DNA from: an uncultured Pseudomonadales bacterium | GTDB taxonomy: Bacteria; Patescibacteriota; Microgenomatia; UBA1400; PJMF01 | Direction of reading: 5' to 3' | Length of the DNA stretch: 64,000 nt | NCBI GenBank assembly: GCA_964437755.1 | Contig: CAYTIA010000001.1 | Location: 45,658 to 109,657, forward strand | Shown: positions 49,829-57,843 of the stretch, piece after piece | How positions within the stretch are numbered: the stretch's first letter is position 1 | Layout: every line of letters begins with the position of its first letter | The notes under the pieces: model-generated | Database searches by the model: none | Told to the model about the DNA's origin: nothing | The model's input: only the letters and a program-made list of their open reading frames with translations | Made by a program: the position numbers and the translations under genes

Positions 49829-50473
49829 TTAGAACTTAACATAAACAGTTCTTTGTTTAAGGGTAGATCGCCCTCGTTGATCTACCGCCTCAATGGTAAT
49901 TGTACTTATCCCTTCTCTTGGTAAATAAACTTCAGTTTTAAATGAACCATCTGGCTGAATAGCAACCGGCTGAGCATTTACACTTAAGATCGCTTCACTT
50001 TCTGTAGTCCCACTAATAATAATTTGTGAAGAAACAAACTCATTTTCTTCTGGAGAATAGATTTCTAATGAGGGAGGCTTATTAAGGTTATACCATTGAA
50101 CACCAATGTACCCCACCAAAGATAAAAAGATTGCTGCAAAAATTACTACAATCAAGATAATGGGGCGCCATTGTTTTTGCCTGGCAGATACTGGTCGAAT
50201 GTACTGACGCAATAATAATTTTCCGCTTTTATTTTCTTGATAATCTCGACGAAGAATAGCCAACAATGACTTTTGATCTAAATTTAGGACTCTTGCATAA
50301 GATTTAATAAAACCCTTTACAAAAACAGACGATGGCAGCTTATCAAACTGGTTTTTTTCAAGTGCTTGAAGATACTCAATTTTAATTCGAGTTACTTGAG
50401 AAAGTTCAGTCAGAGTAATTCTCTGCTTTTGTCTTTCGTCTGCTAAGATTTGACCAATCTTTTTGGTTTGCAT
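49829..50473 (-). CDS. RodZ-like HTH membrane protein with C-terminal Ig-like domain
   Basis: IGQIL..ER, YLQALE..FDKLP..VFVKGFIKSYA..L, TM, beta-sandwich tail. Confidence 0.85.
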   Translation of the reverse strand: MQTKKIGQILADERQKQRITLTELSQVTRIKIEYLQALEKNQFDKLPSSVFVKGFIKSYARVLNLDQKSLLAILRRDYQENKSGKLLLRQYIRPVSARQKQWRPIILIVVIFAAIFLSLVGYIGVQWYNLNKPPSLEIYSPEENEFVSSQIIISGTTESEAILSVNAQPVAIQPDGSFKTEVYLPREGISTITIEAVDQRGRSTLKQRTVYVKF

Positions 50474-50495
50474 AGCACATCCTGAAGAGATAATC

Positions 50496-50930
50496 TTAAT
50501 CTGAAAAAACTTGATTCACCAGCTTGGCGATTCGAGCACCATCGGCACTGTTTCCAACCCGCTGTTTAACCAAACCAATCAAAGGACCCATTTGAATACC
50601 CTCAGACTCTTGTTTAATCTTCTTAATAATTTCTATAATCTGCTCATCACTTAACTGTTGAGGCAAATATTCTTCTAACACTTTTATTTTCTGTTGAGCT
50701 TCTGCAACCAAATCATCTCGATTGCCTTTTTTATAATCCTCGATCGCATCTAGCCACTGCTTAACTGTTTGCGAAACCAGTTTTTCTACCTGCTCATCAT
50801 TTTGAGGGCCATTATCAATTTCTACGTTTTTTATCTTAGCTCTCAACATTCGAATTGTATCCAACCTCAAAGCCTGCTTGTCTCGCATCGCCTGTTTCAT
50901 ATCTTCAATTAATCTTTCTTGGAGTGACAT
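50496..50930 (-). CDS. GatB/YqeY domain protein
   Basis: MSLQERL..DMKQAMR, YLPQQLS, MG, ADG; true start 50930 (the track's extension overlaps the tRNA). Confidence 0.9.
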   Translation of the reverse strand: MSLQERLIEDMKQAMRDKQALRLDTIRMLRAKIKNVEIDNGPQNDEQVEKLVSQTVKQWLDAIEDYKKGNRDDLVAEAQQKIKVLEEYLPQQLSDEQIIEIIKKIKQESEGIQMGPLIGLVKQRVGNSADGARIAKLVNQVFSD

Positions 50931-50978
50931 AAGAGTTTTTAATATAGTTAATAATTTTGAAACGGTAAGAATTTTTGA

Positions 50979-51033
50979 TTGTGTTTGCGAGGAAGCCTCG
51001 GTGCAAGGCACCGCCAGCGACAAACAAACACAA
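50979..51033. repeat. Y-shaped palindromic element in the tRNA-Val trailer
   Basis: TTGTGTTTG/CAAACACAA outer stem enclosing CGAGG-AAG-CCTCG and GTGC-AAG-GCAC hairpins. Confidence 0.55.
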
Positions 51034-51042
51034 GCAAAATTG

Positions 51043-51116
51043 TGGACCCGAGCTGACTCGAACAGCTGACCTTTCCGATGTGAACGGAACGCTCTAACCA
51101 ACTGAGCTACGGATCC
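51043..51116 (-). tRNA. tRNA-Val(CAC), CCA not encoded
   Basis: GGATCCG acceptor pairing CGGGTCC-A; D arm GCTCAGTTGGTTAGAGC; anticodon arm TTCCG-TTCACAT-CGGAA; T arm AGCTG-TTCGAGT-CAGCT. Confidence 0.95.
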
Positions 51117-51200
51117 GTCTTGCCCAATACCAAAGTAAAAGCATTATACAACAGATCAGTCTGAAAGACTTTCTTCAGAAAAGTGGTTTATGTTTCAATA

Positions 51201-51857
51201 ATGAACTCTCAATTGCTTTTGCTTTTACACAAAATAATAAAAATATTCTTTCCACCTTTTTGTGTTTGCTGTAAAAAAAATGGATCTGTTTTGTGTTATG
51301 AGTGCTATCAACTTATCCATTTTAATCTACAACCAAAAAACTCCAACTTGATCAATCAAGGTTCTTTAGATCAAGTTTTAATATTGGCTGTTTATCAACC
51401 ACCCATCTCTCAACTAATTAAAGCTCTTAAATATCAACATACTAGAGCAGCAGGTAAAATGTTAGCCCAATTACTATTTTTACATATTAATTTTCCTGAA
51501 TTTGATTTGATAACCAGTGCACCAATCTCAAAAAAAAGACTCAATGAAAGAGGTTTCAACCAAGCTCAGTTAATTGCTGAAGAATTAGCTTCAAAGCTTA
51601 ACAAACCATTCAAAAAGTTATTAAAGAAAATTAAAGACACAAAAAAACAAGCTAGAAGTAGTTTTCAGCAAAGATTAAGTAATCTAAGTGATTGTTTTCG
51701 GGTTGAGTCACCATATAGAGATTTTGTTAAAAATAAAACGATTCTAATTATCGATGATGTAATTAGTACCGGATCTACCCTCAATGAATGTGCTAAAACA
51801 CTAAAAGCATCTGGAGCTAAACAAGTAATCGGCGTAGCTTTGGCTCAAAGTTTGTAG
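51201..51857 (+). CDS. comF: ComF family protein (Zn ribbon plus PRTase)
   Basis: CxxC..CxxC, LKY, RGFNQ, IIDDVISTGST. Confidence 0.92.
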   Translation: MNSQLLLLLHKIIKIFFPPFCVCCKKNGSVLCYECYQLIHFNLQPKNSNLINQGSLDQVLILAVYQPPISQLIKALKYQHTRAAGKMLAQLLFLHINFPEFDLITSAPISKKRLNERGFNQAQLIAEELASKLNKPFKKLLKKIKDTKKQARSSFQQRLSNLSDCFRVESPYRDFVKNKTILIIDDVISTGSTLNECAKTLKASGAKQVIGVALAQSL

Positions 51858-51880
51858 CCTGTTTATATCTGGTGTATAAT
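51852..51880 (+). promoter_or_regulatory. Promoter of ssrA
   Basis: TTGTAG-17 nt-TATAAT, 30 nt before the mature 5' end. Confidence 0.65.
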
Positions 51881-51910
51881 GGTTACCCTGGAGCTTAACT
51901 CCAAAAACAT

Positions 51911-52465
51911 GGGGATGTATTGCATCGACGTGTCAGCACATTAACAACTGCAGACCATCTTTTATCAAAAGATGTAAAACAGGATAAAAACATAACTGCA
52001 AACAAAATTCGCAGCATGGTTGCATCAGCTGGACAGGCTCTCGCTAGCCTTACCCAACTTGTTGGAACCCCAGCTCTCGCTTACAACGCGTAAGCTGGCA
52101 TCTACTCATTTCTTCTCACTGATGAGAGTGGGTAGGTGAAAAACCAGTCAGTGTGCAAAATGATAGATTCATGCATCTATCATTTTCAAGAAATAGTATG
52201 GCGGCAAAAGAAAGGTTTGTTTATTTACCACTTTTGCTAGAAGCAAAAATAAGACCCGTTGCGTAATTAGAATTAGAATAATTATTGTTTACCCCGCTAA
52301 GCAGGGCGATAGTAGTTGTAACTACTTGAGGAGTAGAAAACAATGCAAAATGCGCAAAAAATGCATTAAGTAACTAATTTTAATTACGCAATGGGTCTAA
52401 ACTACGTCTGTAGAAGTTGTTCTGAAGCTTGATAGCGGACAGGGGGTCATACCCCCTCATCTCCA
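51911..52465 (+). ncRNA. ssrA: tmRNA, 555 nt including an insertion
   Basis: GGGGATG/CATCTCC-A acceptor stem with G3.U70; TCGAC; P2 pairings (GCAGAC/GTCTGT, ACAACT/AGTTGT); PK1; ATAACT-GCA resume signal; tag ORF 51998-52093; PK2-PK4; GGAC plus T arm. Confidence 0.95.
52253..52397. mobile_element. MITE-like insertion inside tmRNA
   Basis: 24-bp terminal inverted repeats (22/24), TAA direct repeat on both sides (52250-52252, 52398-52400), no ORF; the empty site restores the PK4 helix. Confidence 0.7.
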
Positions 52466-52494
52466 CACGCATAAAGCCTTTTGTTAATATGTTT

Positions 52495-52914
52495 CTAACT
52501 TTTTTTTGTTTTATTACCTTGTTTGTCCATCATTAATGTGCCACCATTAGTTTGTTCAGGGAAGCATGTTGCCACCTCGTTATTTCTAATAAACGCTCCG
52601 ACTTTTTTTAAACCATATTTTTTATATCCAACAACTACTCTTAATGCATTACCAACTGCTTGCACCCCATAAACAGCTGAAGGTTTTCTGTTTATATACT
52701 TAAACCATTCGGTCTCGATAGTTCTAACAACCTCAGATATATCCCCAGCACTCATATGTCTTGGAAATAAACTACCTTGCCCAAATTCAAAACCACTGGC
52801 ATGAAAAAGCTTTTCTCCGGCATAAAGATGGCGCGACGAGATATGTTTGCGATTAACGCCAGTGTCAGCATAAGCTCTTTTTGAAGTTAATTCTGGATAT
52901 TCTTTTTTTCGCAT
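52495..52914 (-). CDS. Basic protein, possible EndoU/BECR-like ribonuclease domain
   Basis: HISSRH, SLFP and terminal VATCFP motifs resemble the HIxxRH...S.F...TAFP pattern of toxin RNases; tentative. Confidence 0.5.
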   Translation of the reverse strand: MRKKEYPELTSKRAYADTGVNRKHISSRHLYAGEKLFHASGFEFGQGSLFPRHMSAGDISEVVRTIETEWFKYINRKPSAVYGVQAVGNALRVVVGYKKYGLKKVGAFIRNNEVATCFPEQTNGGTLMMDKQGNKTKKS

Positions 52915-53116
52915 AATAATTTGTATTACTTGAATATTGTATTAAACAAGTCAAGCTCATTGTTGAATTTATCGTAAATATTTTTAACTTTATAGAAACT
53001 TACTCACTACATAACTCGCTTGGTAAAAATATCTCATTTTCACTTAGTAACTCCACCGCAAATTTCATATAAAATACTATCTGAACTATTCATTTCGAAA
53101 TTATTTTTAACTTCTT

Positions 53117-53890
53117 ATGCCCCAAACCCAACTTAACGCCATAATTTTAGCTGCTGGATATGGCACTCGCTTAAAGGAAGTTGGCGAGAAGACAGCCAAA
53201 GGTCTTTTTAAAAACCGTGACAATTTTTCTATTCTTGATTTAGTTTTACTTAAATTAATAAAAAATCAAGCCATCAATCAAGTTGCTTTAGTTACCAACA
53301 ATCGCTTTCACTCTCAATACAAAAATCATCTTTCATCAAAATATCCAAACACCAAGATTAACATTATTAATGATGGCTCAACTAAACCAGAAAATAGATT
53401 AGGCTCATTGGGAGATTTGCACTTTGCGGTGGATCAGCTGAACTGGTGGGATAAAGACTTGTTAGTTTTACCCAGTGATAGAACTCCCGAAAATATTATC
53501 TCTGCTTTAGTATCAGACTTTAAAAACAACTCCAACTCATTTGTTGTTGGAGTTGTGAAAGAATCCAAAGAAAAGATTAAAAATAAATCGGGCTGTGTGG
53601 TGCTTAATAAACACAATAACGTTGTGGATTTTGAAGAGAAGCCAGCAAACCCAAAAAGTAATTATTTGGCCCTTCCTTTTTATATTTTTCCCAGACAAAC
53701 TCTCTCATTGCTTAAAAAATATAAAACTCAAAAAAATAATATGGATTCTCCAGGAAATATTGTTCCTTGGCTAATTACTCAAAACTTTCCCGTCAAAGCT
53801 TGTTTGACAGCAAAAAAATCGTTCGACATTGGCAATCTTGAGGAGTTAGAAAGTTTCCAGAAAGAATATTCGCTAAAAAACAACTCTTAA
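53117..53890 (+). CDS. Sugar-phosphate nucleotidyltransferase family
   Basis: AIILAAGYGTRL, RLGSLGD, FEEKP, DIG. Confidence 0.9.
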   Translation: MPQTQLNAIILAAGYGTRLKEVGEKTAKGLFKNRDNFSILDLVLLKLIKNQAINQVALVTNNRFHSQYKNHLSSKYPNTKINIINDGSTKPENRLGSLGDLHFAVDQLNWWDKDLLVLPSDRTPENIISALVSDFKNNSNSFVVGVVKESKEKIKNKSGCVVLNKHNNVVDFEEKPANPKSNYLALPFYIFPRQTLSLLKKYKTQKNNMDSPGNIVPWLITQNFPVKACLTAKKSFDIGNLEELESFQKEYSLKNNS

Positions 53891-56082
53891 CTCTCTTGTT
53901 GAGTTTGAGCTATATATGCCTGAATTTGAGCCGGGTTTACTTCTCTTGGCTTGCTTCCTTCAGGAGGTCCAATTAAATTAGCTTCATACATCTGATCTAA
54001 TATTCTGGCAGCGCGGTTATAACCTATGCTCAACCTTCTTTGTAATAATGAAGCCGAGGCTTTACCACCTTTTTGAAATACCTTAACCGCTTCATCAAAG
54101 AGATCATCTATCTCATCTGTTCCACCAAACTCTCCAGATTCTTTTGCAGTAAATTTACTAGTTATCTCCTCTTCATAGTTAGGTTCATTTCCATGAGCCT
54201 TGAGATAATCAATAAGGGCTTTCGTTTCTTTTGGATCAACAAAAGTACCCTGAACACGAACAGGTTTAGCTTTATCTGGAGAAAGGAAAAGCATATCTCC
54301 TCGACCCAAAAGTTTTTCAGCTCCTGGAGAGTCAAGAATGACCCTCGAATCTGTCAAGGAAGAAACATTAAAAGCAATTCTAGCTGGTACATTAGCTTTA
54401 ATTAATCCAGTAATAACATCTACTGAAGGTCGTTGAGTTGATAACACCAAGTGAATTCCAACCGCTCTCGCCATCTGAGCAATTCTGGTAACGGAAGATT
54501 CAACATCACCAGGAGCAAACAACATAATATCAGCCATCTCATCAATGAAGATCACCAAATTTGGCATCGCCGCCAAACCTGCTAACTCGTTATAACTAGC
54601 TATATCTTTAACCCCTACTTCTTGCAAAAGCTTGTATCTTTTTTCCATCAAATGCTCCACCCACTTAAGTGCCGAAACAACTTTTTTCGGCTCCACTATC
54701 ACCGGTGTAAGCAAGTGAGGAATGCCGTTGTACTGAGTTAACTCAACTCTTTTTGGATCAACCAAGATTAAGTTTAACTCTGAAGGACTGGCTCTAAACA
54801 GCAAAGAGCTTAAAAAAGTATTGATACAAACAGATTTTCCTGAACCAGTTGAACCTGCTATTAACATATGTGGCATACGAGAAATATCTACTATTACCGA
54901 GTTTCCCGCCACATCAATTCCCAATCCAACAGCTAACTTTGACGGATGTTTTTTAATTGCTGATGAACCCAAAATTTCTTTAAGAGTTACATAAGAAGGA
55001 GATCTATTTGGCACCTCGATTCCAACTAGAGATCTACCTGCTATTGGCGCCTCAATTCTAATCTGTCCAGTTGGAGCAGCTAAAGCCATTGCTAAATCAG
55101 TAGAAAGGCTAGTAATTCTTGAAAGTTTGGTACCACGAGTAACTTGCAGTGCATATTGAGTCACTGAAGGTCCATAATTAACTTCCTTAACCTCTGCATG
55201 AATACCAAAAGATTGAAGGGCACTCTCAATAATATCTGCATTTTGATTCACATCACCCCTATCCGCCTCACCACCTTTTTGATCTGAAAGCAAAGACAAT
55301 GGAGGATAATCCCAAACTAATGGCATATTGCTTGGGGTTAATAAACTCTCGGATTGGATATCGGCCACTTCTCCATCTTTAGATTTATTTTTCAAGTTAA
55401 TGGGTAAAACTGGTTGAGTTGGGTCGACGGCAGTACCTGTTTGATCGTCACCAATGCCCTGTTTTGCCAAATCCGGTTGACCGACTTTAATTTGTTTTTC
55501 TTTTCCTGGAAGCCATATTTTTGGAATAAGGCCTTTTTTCTTTTTTTCTTTTGCATCCTCAACTTTAGCATTGAGTTTGTTTTCTTGATACAGCTGATAT
55601 TTTTCAATCAATGCTTTGATCAAAGTCACTAAAGATGCTTGCAAGGTGATGAGAATGCCAATCGTCATCAAACCACCCGCGATTACCATTGAACCAGCTG
55701 GGCCAACTAATCTTGATAAATTATCATAAGTGTTTAAACCAATATCTCCAGTTGAAAACGCAATCATTACTGAGAGCATCATAATCAACAATCCCAACAG
55801 AACATTGGGCTCACCCCATTTCCAGTTAGTGTGAAGCATTACCAAACCAGAGGAAGCAAAAATAATTGGCAACAAAAAGATTGATATACCTAACTTATTT
55901 GTTAAAAATGTATTTACCTGTTGTAACACCTCACCTTGGCCTGTAAAAGAAACCAGAATAAGTAAAGCCACCAACATTAAAAGCACTGCCACGATTGAGT
56001 GCAGTGTTTGAGTCTCAATCTTTAATTTGATTGGTTGAACTTTTGATCTTCTTTTTTGTTTTTTACTTTTTCTCTTAGGCAT
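53887..56082 (-). CDS. ftsK: DNA translocase FtsK/SpoIIIE
   Basis: 4 TM, GIEVPN, PHMLIAGSTGSGKS, IDEMAD, TQRPS, gamma domain LQRRLSIGYNRAAR. Confidence 0.97.
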   Translation of the reverse strand: MPKRKSKKQKRRSKVQPIKLKIETQTLHSIVAVLLMLVALLILVSFTGQGEVLQQVNTFLTNKLGISIFLLPIIFASSGLVMLHTNWKWGEPNVLLGLLIMMLSVMIAFSTGDIGLNTYDNLSRLVGPAGSMVIAGGLMTIGILITLQASLVTLIKALIEKYQLYQENKLNAKVEDAKEKKKKGLIPKIWLPGKEKQIKVGQPDLAKQGIGDDQTGTAVDPTQPVLPINLKNKSKDGEVADIQSESLLTPSNMPLVWDYPPLSLLSDQKGGEADRGDVNQNADIIESALQSFGIHAEVKEVNYGPSVTQYALQVTRGTKLSRITSLSTDLAMALAAPTGQIRIEAPIAGRSLVGIEVPNRSPSYVTLKEILGSSAIKKHPSKLAVGLGIDVAGNSVIVDISRMPHMLIAGSTGSGKSVCINTFLSSLLFRASPSELNLILVDPKRVELTQYNGIPHLLTPVIVEPKKVVSALKWVEHLMEKRYKLLQEVGVKDIASYNELAGLAAMPNLVIFIDEMADIMLFAPGDVESSVTRIAQMARAVGIHLVLSTQRPSVDVITGLIKANVPARIAFNVSSLTDSRVILDSPGAEKLLGRGDMLFLSPDKAKPVRVQGTFVDPKETKALIDYLKAHGNEPNYEEEITSKFTAKESGEFGGTDEIDDLFDEAVKVFQKGGKASASLLQRRLSIGYNRAARILDQMYEANLIGPPEGSKPREVNPAQIQAYIAQTQQES

Positions 56083-56142
56083 AATAATCTGAGACTAGTA
56101 TAACAAATATCTTAAGTGTCTCTCTAGTTAGCAGACCTGTCA

Positions 56143-57804
56143 TTATTGACGATCCATAATTTCACTTACTATGAGTGGCTCCCTTTGAATTACAGAGTAT
56201 AACTTTTTACGTAACCCAGTTTCAATTTTTTGTTTTAAATCATAGTCGCTAATATCTTGATTTTGCTCAATAATTTCAACAACCGAATCTTGAATGAAAG
56301 TAATGACCTCTGAAGCTTGTTTCATAAAAACAAAACCTCTTGAAACAATCTCAATTTCTTCATAAAGAAACTGTTTTTTTCTTCGAGGAATGATGACTAC
56401 TACAATTCCTGCCTCACTTAAAGCTCTTCTGTCAGACAAAACAGCTGGACCAACATCTCCAATACCCAAACCGTCAACTATGCGAGGAGAAAGTTTAATG
56501 CGCTCACCAACTTGCCACTGATTATTTTCAAACACAAGAACATCTCCCGTACTTGGAATCAACACATCCTGATCTTTGTGACCAAGGGGATGTGCTACTC
56601 TAGTTCTAAATAATTCTCGATGTCGATCGGCTCCACCAATTGGCATCACGTATCTTGGTTTAACTGTGCCAAGTAGTTCCTTTTGTTCTGCCACTCCTGC
56701 ATGGCCAGTATGATGAATGTTGGGCTTAATATCTGGATAAATAACTTGTACTTTATTTCTACATAACTCATCAATGGCTCGATAGTAAGGAACCTCGTTG
56801 CCCGGTATGGCATCAGCTGAGATAATAACCTTATCATTTTCATTTATTTGAATAATGCGGTGTTCTCCAAAAACCGCTCGCATCATTGATGATCCTTCTT
56901 GACCTTGGCTTCCAGCAATAATTACTACCAGCTGCTCATCTCTGAAACTACCTACATTCTTTTTGTTTATTTTTACTCCTTGTGGAATTTTCAACAAACC
57001 CAGTCTTTCGGCAACATTAATATTTTTTTCTACACTACGACCAATAAAAACTACTTTGCGACGATTAGTAGCTGCTATGTCAACCACTTGCTGAATACGA
57101 TGAATGTGAGAACTCATTAAAGTCACTATGAACTTTCCCCTAACGCCTTCAATTTCTTTAGCTATAGCTGGACCGGTAGTAGACTCTGATTTACTCCAAT
57201 CTTCTCTTTCAACCCTAAGACAGTCCATCAACATTAAAAGCACGCCCTCTTTGCCAACTGCAGAAGCCATTTCCAAATTCGTTAACACACCATCAACGGG
57301 GTCAAGATCAAGTTTAAAATCTGAACCATGATAGATAACTCCATCTGGAGTATTAATAATTAAATGTTTTGCATCAGGAACTGAGTGAGTAACTGCTAAA
57401 GTACTAAACGAAAAATGATTACCTAGTTGAATCGATTGACCATCCTTAACCACCTGGGTATTTCTTTGTGAAGAGCCTTCTTTCATTCTTTCTTGCGCAA
57501 AACCAATCGTTAAAGCCGATCCATAAATTGTAAAGTTTGGTAGCTCGGATAATAAATATGGTAAAGCGCCAATGTGATCATCGTGGGCATGGCTTAAAAC
57601 CATACCAACTATTTTGCTACCTTTTTCAAGTTCAGCGAGCAAATAAGTTATATCGGGAATAATAATATCGGCACCTGGCATGTAAATGTCAGGAAAACCT
57701 ATACCACAATCAACAATCAGAATCTCATTATCATATTGATAAAGAAACATATTTTGAGTTACCTCACCCATACCACCCAACGGAACAATTTTTAATTTTT
57801 TCAT
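56143..57804 (-). CDS. rnj: Ribonuclease J
   Basis: PLGGMGE, DCG, HAHDDHIG, HSVPD, GSQGQ, SRGFV. Confidence 0.95.
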   Translation of the reverse strand: MKKLKIVPLGGMGEVTQNMFLYQYDNEILIVDCGIGFPDIYMPGADIIIPDITYLLAELEKGSKIVGMVLSHAHDDHIGALPYLLSELPNFTIYGSALTIGFAQERMKEGSSQRNTQVVKDGQSIQLGNHFSFSTLAVTHSVPDAKHLIINTPDGVIYHGSDFKLDLDPVDGVLTNLEMASAVGKEGVLLMLMDCLRVEREDWSKSESTTGPAIAKEIEGVRGKFIVTLMSSHIHRIQQVVDIAATNRRKVVFIGRSVEKNINVAERLGLLKIPQGVKINKKNVGSFRDEQLVVIIAGSQGQEGSSMMRAVFGEHRIIQINENDKVIISADAIPGNEVPYYRAIDELCRNKVQVIYPDIKPNIHHTGHAGVAEQKELLGTVKPRYVMPIGGADRHRELFRTRVAHPLGHKDQDVLIPSTGDVLVFENNQWQVGERIKLSPRIVDGLGIGDVGPAVLSDRRALSEAGIVVVIIPRRKKQFLYEEIEIVSRGFVFMKQASEVITFIQDSVVEIIEQNQDISDYDLKQKIETGLRKKLYSVIQREPLIVSEIMDRQ

Positions 57805-57843
57805 ATTTTTTGTTTTAATAATATTTATGGAATCACACTTTTT

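Noticed and set aside
50931-51101. N-terminal 57-aa extension of the 201-aa ORF in the track
   Set aside because: It runs through the tRNA-Val gene and the hairpin element; YqeY homology starts at MSLQERL (50930).
51874-51886. GTATAATGGTTAC shared by the ssrA and glyA promoters
   Set aside because: Six of the 13 bases are the -10 consensus; the remainder is too short to distinguish from chance.
52253-52397. Group I or group II intron in tmRNA
   Set aside because: Too short (145 nt), no recognisable catalytic core motifs, and not in the T-loop; terminal inverted repeats plus a direct repeat fit a MITE or intervening sequence better.
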